In this document: one piece after another, positions 11,101 through 22,311 of the stretch
Numbering within the stretch: the stretch's first letter is position 1
Layout of the letters: the number at the start of each line of letters is the position of its first letter
Assembly: GCA_040954595.2 (NCBI GenBank)
Contig: CM082577.2
Span: 4,464,305 to 4,528,304 of the forward strand
Length of the DNA stretch: 64,000 bases
Direction of reading: 5' to 3'
Source: Balanoglossus misakiensis
Lineage: Eukaryota > Animalia > Hemichordata
Made by a program: the position numbers and the translations under genes
The notes under the pieces: generated by a model
Told to the model about the DNA's origin: nothing
Databases searched by the model: none
The model's input: only the letters and a program-made list of their open reading frames with translations

Positions 11101-13269
11101 TTTGATCAAATATACCTTTTACACTTGTCGTTTCAGGTGAATGCTGCATACATGAATAGGGTCAGTCTATCTGCGTCTGGATTTTACAAGTAAATTGATG
11201 CATTATTATTCATGACATTTCGCACCAATTCCTATTGTGGAAGCGAGTGGTGATAACATATATTAATACCGGAAACAGCGTAATTTGTGAATCAAAACCA
11301 CACATGTACTATATCAGACCTGGTTTTGCTACAGATCACATTAAATGATGTATGTTAGCCTATTTTCGTATGAGATTAACGAAGGATACCGATTTCGTGG
11401 TTTATCTGCATTGATTAAAATGATATCTTGACTTGCTCCCGTCATAACAGTGCAATGAATAGAGAACGTTTAGTGGCATTCTTTTATTTGCAGATATCCA
11501 GTAAAAGTTCACTTGGACTGGGACAACTTAAAGGGGAGCACTGCCCAGTACTATTTCAGCTACGGTGCAGGCTGCTGCGAAGTGGAGGTCGACTGCTTGA
11601 CCGGGGATCACCAGTTGAAGCGAACTGACCTGGTGATGGATGTTGGGGAGAGTCTGAATCCAGCCTTGGATATAGGACAGGTAGGCCTATAATTGGCATT
11701 TGTGTCTGAACATTATTATACCATTGTCAATGCTGCGATCTTGTATAGCACACACCCATTACTTATACTGTGACCACGTGACATGTATTTTCGAAGTTAT
11801 TTCGAAAAAAGCTACTTCTTTGCCAAAAAGTGCTATGTGAGATCTCCGTGAAATTTAAGCGATCGAGTGATGGCAGTCATGTCATTTATAACAGCGCTGA
11901 ACAACGAAATATCTGATGATCAAGTCCCGGAGACGACAGTGATTTAAGCTGAATTTCACTAACATTGATATTCGTATTTAGCAATCCTCTTCCCTGATAT
12001 TTATATCGAGATTTCGCACTGTACTCCATTGGTTGTTATAAAGAATGAAATATTGACGTGAAATTTCTTGCAGATCGAAGGTGCATTTCTGCAGGGCTAT
12101 GGTTTGTACACGTCAGAGGAACTGCGATATTCAAACCAGGGTAAACTGTTGACAAAGGGTCCCGGGATGTACAGGGTGCCTCAGATTGGTGACATCCCAA
12201 GCCAGTTCAATGTGACGCTGCTGAAACGGGCGCCGTGCAAAGTTGGGCTGTATTCGTCAAAGGTGAGGTTAATCAAAATAGGGATCTGCAAGGCTGGCGT
12301 TGATAATAGCCTGTGAGGCCTGGAAAATCATTTTACAGGGTTCTAGTGGCATCTGTTGGTTTTCTTTGTGGTGATACTGACTCTATAACACTGAGAGACG
12401 GAAACGCGATGAGTATAAAGGTAACATTCCTTGAAATGTAGAAACTATATGAGAAAGGAGTTTAATGCCAAAAACGTGTGGCAATGAGTTGCTTCCATGA
12501 TCTGTGCGATAGAACAGTGTCTTTGTGTAGGCGCAGCCATATTTACAAGACACGTTTGATCGTCAGTAGCGAACATAAGTAGACTCTCTCACAGCCCCTG
12601 TCGTCGTCTAGGCAGGCTAATGGACACCAAACGGTGCTTCTCCCTTGCCAAACGGTTGAGGGCGCGTCAGTGAAGAGCCTTGTAGTGAATCGTGGGCTGT
12701 GAGAGAGTCTACGAACATGAGCTGTCTGTTGTTTTATTGTCTATCTCTTTCGTCTTCTTATTGTTAACTCCAGGGTGTTGGAGAAGCGGCAGTCCTCCTT
12801 GCCTTTGCTGCTTTCCTGGCCATAAAGGATGCCATATCCTCCGCCAGAGCTGATGCTGGCGTGAATGGCCTCTTCAGATTAGACAGTCCTGCTACTCCAG
12901 AAAGGATAAGACTTGCTTGTGTTGACAACTTCCCCGGAAAAGTCAAGGTAATACGGAATTGGTATGATTTCAAAATGTGAGAAAAATCAGTGAATGGGGA
13001 ATGTAAATAATGTTTACAAGTTATAAACGCATGGGAACTTATTCTATACATAGAGTAATGATCTAGGTCAGGTTATCACATCTTGGGAGAAATTATACTG
13101 CCGAAAATTATGCTAAACTGTGTGCAGAAAAGTCAAAAATTGTCGGAGTGCGCCATACTCATACAATACCACCCCCAGGAAAGCCCCCGCTTTTTTTTTA
13201 AAAAAAAGCATATTTTATGTCTTGCAGGAACAATCAGCTGTTGGCTCTGACTTTTTCGTTAGACCATGA
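2158..13269 (+). CDS. XDH: Xanthine dehydrogenase/aldehyde oxidase-family molybdo-flavoenzyme, 32 exons, 1346 aa
   Basis: Exons joined by hand, all GT-AG with consistent phase: 2158-2235, 2608-2665, 2952-3048, 3199-3307, 3531-3719, 4042-4098, 4275-4355, 4605-4746, 4924-5091, 5263-5339, 5484-5580, 5860-5969, 6288-6481, 6575-6734, 6882-6983, 7137-7254, 7447-7498, 7757-7892, 8015-8134, 8385-8603, 8702-8835, 8941-9115, 9471-9662, 9844-9992, 10210-10291, 10438-10662, 10921-10995, 11137-11189, 11494-11680, 12074-12262, 12774-12947, 13228-13269. Total 4041 nt, no internal stop. Motifs: FFVNGRK; 2Fe-2S ligands [31 protein letters not shown]; FAD domain [22 protein letters not shown]; Moco domain [30 protein letters not shown], catalytic SSKGVGE, DSPATPE. 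The symbol means family member; orthology to true XDH is doubtful (see findings). Confidence 0.95.
2666..2951 (+). other. U12-type (minor spliceosome) GT-AG intron 2 of the XDH-like gene
   Basis: Donor GTATCCTTTT at 2666 is the canonical U12 5' site. Branch site TTCCTTGAC at 2933-2941 lies just before the AG at 2950-2951, with no polypyrimidine tract. The junction restores [18 protein letters not shown]. Confidence 0.9.
2828..2875. mobile_element. Degenerate, internally deleted fragment of the Kolobok-like MITE inside U12 intron 2
   Basis: 27 nt TTCGCGTGTGCCACCCACTGAAAATCT is identical to 49446-49472. It is followed by CCATGG and a decayed terminus ACTGTCTACCT. Confidence 0.65.
3049..3198 (+). 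other. Probable U12-type intron 3 of the XDH-like gene (variant donor)
   Basis: Donor GTATCCACTT has the U12 core GTATCC with deviations at +7/+8. Branch-like TTTTCCTCTGAC at about 3172-3183, AG at 3197-3198, no pyrimidine tract. The junction gives KKI-L-HHAINAC. Confidence 0.75.
7016..7043. repeat. (GACA)n microsatellite in an XDH-like intron
   Basis: GACAGACAGACAGACAGACAAACAGACA read directly. Confidence 0.85.
12580..12711. mobile_element. 132-bp MITE with TAG...CTA ends and a 10-bp target-site duplication (AcademH-like)
   Basis: 18-bp perfect TIRs TAGACTCTCTCACAGCCC / GGGCTGTGAGAGAGTCTA. Flanks CGAACATAAG (12570-12579) and CGAACATGAG (12712-12721) match 9/10. The superfamily is inferred from TAG termini plus the 9-10 bp TSD. 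Confidence 0.8.
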
Positions 13270-13414
13270 CATCGAACCACATGTTAAAAGAACCTCTATT
13301 AACCGAACACATCTACAAACCGTGTCAATTTTCAACTGTTCATGTTATACATGTAATATAAAGTCTCACAACACACATTGTGTATGACTGTCGTTCTCAA
13401 GAGAGGTATTCGTT

Positions 13415-14061
13415 CTAATGTCGCCATCCCGCTTCGTGTCCATCTTCCATTTGCGGTTCCAGGAATCCCCTGAAGTTGAGTCCGTCACTGGTCCATCGGG
13501 CGCCATATCCCGATGTCTGTCTGACCTCAATGACATTGATGTCTTTCTGTGTGACGATAGGGAAGGACAATGAGACACATGGGTCAATCGCTGGCAAGAA
13601 ATCTCGCCACTGCATATCATCAAATTCTCTGCGTCGAAGAATACTCTGGAACAGTTTCACGACAAATGGAAAGATATTTATCCAATGCAACATTTTCTTG
13701 TACTAGCTCTCGCCTCTATTTCGCTTATATGTCTTGTACTGTTGCCTTGGATTCTTGTGTTTTTGATATTTTTGTGGTGTACTTTTCATTGTTATGTTGT
13801 GCTCTTTGATTGTTAGTGTTTTGTGTTTCTTTGTATTGTGTTAATTTACTTTGATGTCTAAAATATCGGCAGATAGCCTGTACGCACTGTACTGTGCAAC
13901 CACGCGTAAGACATATTGATATAACACCCAAATGCAACACTAAAGAGCGCCCTCACCGGTAAACCATGAATATTAATCCATGCGGCATCATCCAAGATTT
14001 TATGAGCAATCTCAGTCGCATGTTTATTTTTAGCTTCTTCTCCTGGGCATAAATAAATGAA

Positions 14062-14096
<35 letters not shown>

Positions 14097-17000
14097 ATAG
14101 ATAGATTATTGATATGATAATACCGTTCTTCATGAGTTTTTTGAAATTTTAAAAGTTTGAATAAACTAGATGAATACATCCATTGTTTACCTCCTTTGGC
14201 TGTTCCCCACCAGCTCGATGTTTCGTCTCTATGGCAATGTTTGGCGAGCGCCCTCGCACCGACCGTCAGTTTGCTACTTTCTCTATAATATGTTACAAGA
14301 CAAAAAATATATAATTGGGTAGCGTCCACCCCTGTATCCCAGTATGCTGGTCCAGCCACGCTGATAAAAACGATGTGGTATAACCAAACCATGGTTGTGA
14401 AAAGGTGGATTAAAATCAGGACACTCTTGTCAATTCATGTGCTTCCCTAAATGATAACATTGACCTTTGAACCCTGGGACACATTATGGCTCCCACTGAA
14501 AAATACACAGTTACAAGGTACAGATAGACGTCAACCTCCTTAAGTTACATTTTGAACTCCAGCCCGTCGCGTATCCTTGACTTTTTTGTTTGACTGATTA
14601 TCAAAATCTAATGATCAAATGTGAGTACTTGTGCCAGTAGCAACATATTACTGATTAAAGACATAAAGACTCATGCCCAAGAGCTATAGGCTAGATCTGT
14701 GAAAACAAGCCCTGACACTGTATACATGTACATGTACTCCATCCAGTATTCAATGCAAAAAGAAGGCATACGTACATACACACTCGTCATCCCACCCAGA
14801 AACTGCCACCTTATAAAACTCACTTGTTTTGTTTATTGAAACTCCTCAGCAAGGTTGACTTTGATGGCGGAAAGACGTCTTTACTGCCGCCGGTTTTTCT
14901 CATCCCCAGCAAGTCCATCATTCCTCTCTTCCCCAGCTCCTGATGATAATTGAGCGGATCACAAGGGGCGTAAAACTTTTTATGACACTGCCTCAGTCCG
15001 CGGTCCCCTCATAAATTGCCAATATTCAGCCCTATGCCGCGCGATCAGCGATGTCTCAGAGAAGCAGGGGGGGAAAAAAATAACAGTACCTGTCTTCACT
15101 CAGTCACAGGTGATTTACAACAGCCATTATGTTCCTGGGGATTAAGACATCATACTATAGCAACGACAGATGCTCGCCTGTAAATCTGACATGCTGATCA
15201 TGTTGTTTTATGCGTTTCTGATTCCATGCATTGAACGTTCTATAAATCTAAAAGAATCTATTACTCTGGTTCGTCAGAGGGACAGTGTTAAGTCCGTCGT
15301 GTCTTTGGTCTTTGCGGCTCAGAGAATCCCCCGGAGTAAGACTTACGCCATGCATTCAACGGTTCTGTCTTTATTCCTTTTTTTACTGCGAGTTCTCCAT
15401 GTCTCGCACAAAGACGCCAATGAAAAGATTGAAATGGCCTGCGTGGCACAACATCAGTACCGATTCGACCCACATTCTAATACCATTACAAAGCCTTCCT
15501 GAAGAAGGGCACGGATGTACGGGTAGACGATCATGATTTATTCATTTCTGCCCGACAGCCAGGCCAAAAAATCACAGTCTCAAATGCTGTACCGGATGAC
15601 TATTGTGTTCACAACGATATCAAATCACAGAGAAATATCAGATTGCCACGTACTTTTAATATTTGCCGCATGTGATATGTCTGCTCCGACTCGGTCCAGT
15701 CTTCCCACAGTGATTTCATTCCCTGCAGTTTGGTGGTCAATGCGGCCATCATCTGGGACCTGTGGAAGGAATATCAGAGGATCATTTAAAATTAGTCAAT
15801 AAATGAATGAATAAGTCAACCAACCAACTAACCAATAAAAAAAATCAATCAATCAATCAAGTCACAGCCATTCCATCACGATGTAGAAAATTACACCAAG
15901 GGTGTACAGTCAAGTCACAGAAGACAGTAAACCTTAAAAAAAAAACATGCACAAACCATGTAGTAGATTAGGCTATATAACGTTACCTCTTTTCTGTGTA
16001 TTCACTTTCATCTAGTAAATGGTAACTTTGTAGCTGTAAAACTGAACAGCTCCTGCAAAATAGCAAATACCAACGATTTAAGTATCCATGGTAACCAACA
16101 CCAGTGTAAATCTATGGGCGCAGACACAATGCTGAATTATCATATCTGAGTGTGGTATAATACCAGACAACTGCAGCAGTTAGCTCAGTAAAAATATACT
16201 GAGAATCAAGTTTTGTTTCTGTGCAAGACTGATTTATCTCCTCATTCAAAACATCACAAACTGCATGGATTGTCTAAAAAGCGGAATGCCTCTTAATTTG
16301 AAAAGGGGAACGAGACATACTTTAATACAGCGGGCCAGTTTTATGTCTGCATCTTGGGCCAGGTTGTCACGACAACCGCACGATCAATTCGGTTGGGAAA
16401 TAAGTTCCTGTATAAATCACACATCTCGAGTTGGAGAATTGTTCAATAAAAACATGCAAACTATCTGTGACTTCATTTACCTGGTTTCCAGACACTCAGT
16501 CAAAACAGCCGCGATTCTCTTGTACAGAGGATAGTGTGGGTACCCTTTCAAGATGTCTTCACCACATTTAATACTTTCTTCCTGGAACAACAGAGGGGGA
16601 GATATTACATATGCATCAAGCCAACCTTTTGGGCATCAGCCTTATACATCAGAGTTTGATAATGATCAGGATGAGTAGATTATAATTGTGTAACTGAGTC
16701 AAAACACAGAGTAAATCATATACACTCCAGGACCAGTATCTGCTAAACTTTCCCAAGTTTTGCTGTGCATAACTCTTAGCTCAAGCATAAAACTTTAAGT
16801 GATACAGGTTGTACGATTCACCGAATCTGGATTATACACCGACAATAACACTGTGCAAAGCGAAAGTATACACACTGCGTTTTATATTACAGGCAACATA
16901 ACACCTGCACTGATCAGATTGCCTCCACTCCACACACACACACGTGTCAATCATCAATGATGGAGTTGAATTCTATGCTTACATCAGTCTCATCTTCCTG

Positions 17001-17382
17001 CAGAAGCAGCTCGCAGTCTTCAGGCGAGAGGAAATCACTACCCCCGTCTGACTGTTCATCCAGAATCACCTGCATTGTGCATGTTAAGATGACATGCATT
17101 ATTAACAACACGTTTCATGCTACACATATTTATTTCTGTAACTAATCCCTATTATACTGCCATGGATATCAGATAACTCAATCTCAATGAAAGTTATAAT
17201 TACATCATAACATGTATAGGCATGAGTGGGTGGCATGAAACACTGCTAGCTGGCAGCCATACTGGATCACCCTGCAAAACTAACATACATGTACTACATG
17301 TTCTGCCTTTGGTTTTTGCCTTGAAATTCACCCACCCACAGTCAACTTTTACCTTTCTCAGCTCCGTTTCCACTGATAGCAT
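13415..17382 (-). CDS. Conserved uncharacterised protein (about 271 aa) related to plant 'RNA-binding ASCH domain' proteins, without the ASCH domain
   Basis: Minus-strand exons 17382-17353, 17069-16983, 16581-16481, 16052-15987, 15759-15654, 14939-14824, 14282-14191, 14042-13957, 13546-13415; 816 nt, all GT-AG, phases consistent. Protein includes GYPHYPLYKRIAAVL, DLLGMRKTGGSKDVFPPSKSTLLRSF, LTVGARALAKHCHRD, WWG, KNKHA, WINIH, IEVRQTSGYGARWTSDGLNFRGFLEPQMEDGHEAGWRH*. The first exon is uncertain (alternative at 17742-17762). Confidence 0.85.
14050..14104. repeat. (AAAT)n / (ATTT)n microsatellite next to a splice acceptor
   Basis: Run of AAAT units ending ATAGATAG. On the minus strand it sits directly upstream of the CAG acceptor at 14045-14043. 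Confidence 0.9.
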
Positions 17383-17741
17383 GTCCGTAAAGTTCACAAT
17401 TTGGTCTTCCAAAGCCACAAGTTAGAGTTGTTATGACAGGCACGGACACACTGTAAGCGCTTATGTCAACTGTTCAACTTGTCATCATCTGCGGTGATGA
17501 AATCCGTTGTATGGAAGTTGCATCTGATTTCATCATGGCAGACTGACATCCTTACGGTCTACGGTTACAATACAACACGCGTGATGCAAGAACTAACCAA
17601 TAAGTAAATGCATTTGTCCATGTTTGACTTTGAAATCGAACGGCGAAAGCTCACCCCATCCCCCGGGGGGCGGGGCGGCCCAGAAACACTGACACACTTA
17701 CGTGACAAACACGTACAGACGTGTGAACATGACGCACGTAC

Positions 17742-17762
17742 CTGTCGTACCGCATCATCCAT
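17742..17762 (-). CDS. Candidate alternative first coding exon (MDDAVRQ) of the ASCH-related gene
   Basis: ATG GAT GAT GCG GTA CGA CAG|GTACGT is phase 0 and compatible with the 17069 acceptor. It lies in a CpG-rich, promoter-like segment. Confidence 0.5.
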
Positions 17763-17879
17763 CCCCTTCCAATCCTCCAGTTTCGCTCAATAATTCATCT
17801 ACCGATACGAAAGCCACCGGGTTTATGGACCTGATAGCCCCGGCCCGGTCGGGTTCATCGTGCTTGTTGACAGCGCCTT

Positions 17880-17887
17880 ACTTCCGG
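17880..17887 (-). promoter_or_regulatory. Ets/GABP-type motif CCGGAAGT in the CpG-rich promoter region of the ASCH-related gene
   Basis: ACTTCCGG on + strand, about 120 nt upstream of the MDDAVRQ ATG. Typical of TATA-less housekeeping promoters. Confidence 0.4.
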
Positions 17888-20800
17888 GTTTCATCCTCGT
17901 GTCACTATGGTCACCAAGTTGTACGCACACCTCTGGGTGAGGGCGCTCGCTGACCCAGAAAAATCCCCTGGCACACACGTACACGCGTCCCATGTCTCAC
18001 GTCGAGTCTGTCGCGGCCCGCGGCAACCATGCATGTTACCCGCACGTAGCCTCCACTTGGCAGCGACACATTTGTCAGCTTTTTCTGTTTTAAATGTGAC
18101 AAAAACCCAAGTCTTCGTAATAAAATTAAGATAATGATCACAAAATGAAAGCTGTACAAGCTTTTTCAAAGCATTTTTAAGTCTTCTGAAATATATATAC
18201 TGTAGCTTGATTGAAACTTGAATTTTGTTCAAAATTTATGCGAAATGCGTAGTCAAGGGATAAAGAGCACAGTCAATTGTGCCCGTGTACTCGAATCGCA
18301 GCATAGAAGATGTCGTGTAGTCATATTTCACCGGAAGATGAAAACTTGTCAAGTAGATTTTAAATGCTTTGCCTGACAGCGCATCATTGGAAACAGATTC
18401 AGGTAAATTGTTCCATACATCAACGACTCAGGGGCCGACAGAATAGAAAATACATAATTCCTTGCAATATCCAATTTGCAGTGACCTCTGTCGACCTTGT
18501 ACCGGTGGCCTCTTGCACAAAGCCATAGTAATACAAAATCCCTGACAGATATATTACCCAATCTGGCAGAGTGACTATATAATGTCTTTACATCCCCCCT
18601 CGTCTTGCCCACTCGCCGACATAATCTTTTAAAGTGAGCTTTTGATATATCGTGTCGTTCCCTGAGCTAAAACCCGTATGGCGAAGTCCTACAAGGGCAA
18701 TCATGTCCAACCGTATTCAGATCACTTGTGACGACGTGACCAATGCCAGCATGCTCGATGCACCGTCGCCTTTGAAGTACACTATTTCTTTGCAATAGAC
18801 TAAAATTTTACACGTGTATATATAGATTTCTCCATGTATTTTGAGATGTCCATCCATTCATGAGCGATGGTTTAATGTTTGTTTACCCCAGTACACCACA
18901 CATAAGACAACACCCCACTTCATAGACGGAGACTACATTGTCTGACTGAAGGAAGTTCGTCAGAAAGTCAAATCCGAGGAAAAACAGAAGATGGGGGCAA
19001 AGACCAGGCTTTACTCTGATCTAATGCTGCTATTAGAGGGATTAAAAACAGATGAACTTTCCTAATGATGCCATAATTACGTGGCTTTTAGTGGTGCACC
19101 TCCTTAGTTAGGCATAACCTGATTGAATTGCATCTTTAAGAAGTCCAGCTCACACGGAAACTAACTTGGGATGATGATGATGGCACGTGGATTAAGTGTA
19201 GAAAACGAGAAATATATGTTGCTATCCAATGGCGCACTGTGTTGCACATGGACAGGAGCTGGAATGTGGCGAACGACAATAATTGTGCAGTTAATTCAAT
19301 AATACAATGGTTCTAGTGCGATTTTTAACCGTGACTTTTAATGTTCAACTTGAGAAGAATCTGTGGCTCGTGTGAGACAAAAATCCCGAATGAGTGGAAG
19401 AAAGTTTATCCCAGGTCTCTAGGGTCTGAGAATGTATTTTCTTCCCCGGGGATAAGAAGAACTCATATGTTTTGTAAAACGTTATAATTATGCCCAAAAT
19501 CCCCCGGTTTGTCCAAGCCTAAACATCTCAATTCTACTATTTATGCATTTATTTAAACACGAAGACTTCCATTATTCTCATAAATGAGGTTTATCAGTGT
19601 AGCTCGTTACAAAGGACTTAATTACCAAAACGTTTCAAGTACGTGTACATAGACGCGATTTCAAGATCGCAGTTTAGATTTTTAATACCATTTTAATAAT
19701 CTTTTGTATCCTGTTAGATCTATACCTATACTGGTTATAATTGTATCCCAAGGGGTACTCGCGTTTCTTTGACTCGGAACATCGCCGAACAACGTCCGTT
19801 GTTGGTTTTGACATTTTATCAAAAATAATCTTCGCGTTGGTGCGGTAGGTCTGAGTTTTAATCCTGTAAAATACATACTTTCGCCTTCATTATTTTTTGC
19901 TGACGCAGTCGCCAGAAAAGACAAAAAACATGATGTTTGACTCAGGAAGGCCAAGATGTGACATGATAAAATGGTCACAAATTTCCACCTTATCCCCGGT
20001 TACGATTTTCGAGGCGCATACAACCCGCTCTAAAGAGTTTGTTTTAGAAGCGTAAACAAACTTAAAGTGAAAACGGTAAGACGCCGTCAAAAGCGAATCT
20101 TGAGTTAATCGGGATCGGGAATATTCTGGGTAAATCGGTTAACACAGCCGCCTTTCATTAGGTTTATCAGTTCGGCTCACATGTTAGGAAAAAAAAACTT
20201 AAATTGGTGCTACGCAGCTCAGACGAGAAGGATATTATTGACGCAGTCTAGTTTGGGATGATTTGTACATCATTAGTTTGCGCCGTGTTCAAAGTTCTCG
20301 CAGTTCAGTGACACAGCAGTGACACAGCAAATGTGGTTTAATCGGGGCTCGGGCGGGCAGAGAACGGAGATCGGCAATTGTCATGCACAGCCAAAACCGC
20401 TCGCTGCGCGGAATACTCTTCCGAAACATGACGTCTGCAAAAGAGAGCGTCGCTCCGATGACGGAGATTCACTGCACACCCACACGAGGTCATGTGACGT
20501 CAGCACGCTTCTTCCACCGTTGTTTCGAACTCTGGAAACTTGTATTTGTAGTCGCCATCATAGTTGAACCGGTCAATGAGTGGGCGACGCGCGTTTCGAG
20601 TTCTACAGGTTACTTTTTTCAACATCGAGCCATTTCACTGTAACGCATCATTACGTCCTTCTCGTACACTTCGTTGTGTCCTTCCGCTCCATTGGGTCGG
20701 GTAGTTTCGGGACAGCAAATTCATACGCGTAACCGTGTATTTTCCCCAAAAGAAAGGAACGACGAACCATCACAATGTGTGTTATTTATCATCGAAGTTG

Positions 20801-21502
20801 AAAACGTCGACCGAGGGGAACCCCACAAGGCTATTGAAAAATATATATGTCGTGGCCTAGTCGCTGTTCATTAACCAACGTCTAGTATATGGAATTAACA
20901 AAGTATGAAATGTCATTAGTGGCCAGTCAGTACGAATGTATCCGATTGCTGTATCGCATTAAAAACCCAATCATGTCTGACGCTGTTTGCTTCAGTGGAA
21001 ATTGCATGATTACATTCGATTAGCAATTCCCTTGCTTCCAATCATACATGGGAAAAAAGTCACCGACGTCATTCCTATTATATGGCTTCGTCGATATGAG
21101 TTATAGTGTCATTCACCTCTCGGCTGAAAAACACCCGGCAAATTATACTTGACACGTGGTGAATTCGCATTGTTTTGTGTTTTCTCTCTCCCAGGGCGTG
21201 AGATTTGCGAGGAGACAAACATGACCATGACCCAAAGCCTAAAATATGAGACTAGAACTTTAATTTGGAAAGTACAGTTCACCTCTCCGCCAGCCGTGTC
21301 CAATCACGGGCTGCCAAGAAGTCCGTAGATAACGAATGCCAGTAGACCATTTTTCTAACTCCACGAGACCCTGCGAGATCTCGCGTGGCTTGGCAGTTTA
21401 TATGGGAGGACATTCTCATGTGACTCGGACACAGGAATGACAACACATGGCCATCGTGTCGAAACAAATTCAGCCTGAGTCGAGTGTCGTACATATTAAG
21501 AC

Positions 21503-21508
21503 TTTATT
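21503..21508 (-). terminator. Candidate polyadenylation signal (AATAAA) of the GPCR gene
   Basis: TTTATT on +, at the end of the AT-rich stretch of about 800 nt that follows the GPCR stop codon. Confidence 0.45.
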
Positions 21509-22311
21509 ACAAAGCATGAAAACATACAAGCACTTTTCATAATCACATTTCTAAACTCTAATTCGATGATAGATGTTCTGCAGATTTCAAATATAATGAA
21601 CTGAGCGAAAAAGTGGAACTATTAAAAATACCTTTTAATCACTGGGTAATGAGAGGAAGTATGTTGATAATTAAATTACTTATTTACAAAAAAAAAATCA
21701 CGGAATTTACTTAATAACATGATGTTTACCATATATTGGAGATCGGTGAATGCTATTTTTGTGATGAGGAAAACAATGAGATCCTCTTTAGTATGCTTCC
21801 ATGCTTATGCAAGTTGGTGGGCGTGATGTAAGAATCTTTGTAAAAATGTGAATTCCTGGACCAATTAATATTCACTTATAGATGCACGATAACGATAACA
21901 CCAGAATGGAAACTTTAACAATTAGGCACGATTTACCTGTGACGTTTTACAATGCAGAAATGTGGTAGAAAAATATTTCTTATTATCTTAGTAACATATG
22001 AATATATACACTTGTCAAAAAATATCTGTTTGGGGATTCGTGTCATTAAATTAAGAAAATTGAATTCTTAGTACCATGAATCTACTACACCCAAAGCTAT
22101 GAACATCATATAGGTATACCAATTAATTAAAGAACACCTGTAGAGCTTTATTTCAAGTCAGAATCGACAATAACATCTCTTCAGAGAATGCTTCTCATGT
22201 GTTGTTACGAAAAAAGGAAGTGTTTTTTGTGCAATGTGATACTGTAGTATTAAAAAGGCGATCAGATTCCGTCTTTATTATTATTATGATAATCACGACG
22301 CTTTAAAATGT

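Noticed and set aside
19682-19978. 98-aa minus-strand ORF with an acceptor-like site
   Set aside because: No recognisable homology in the frames examined and no partner exons.
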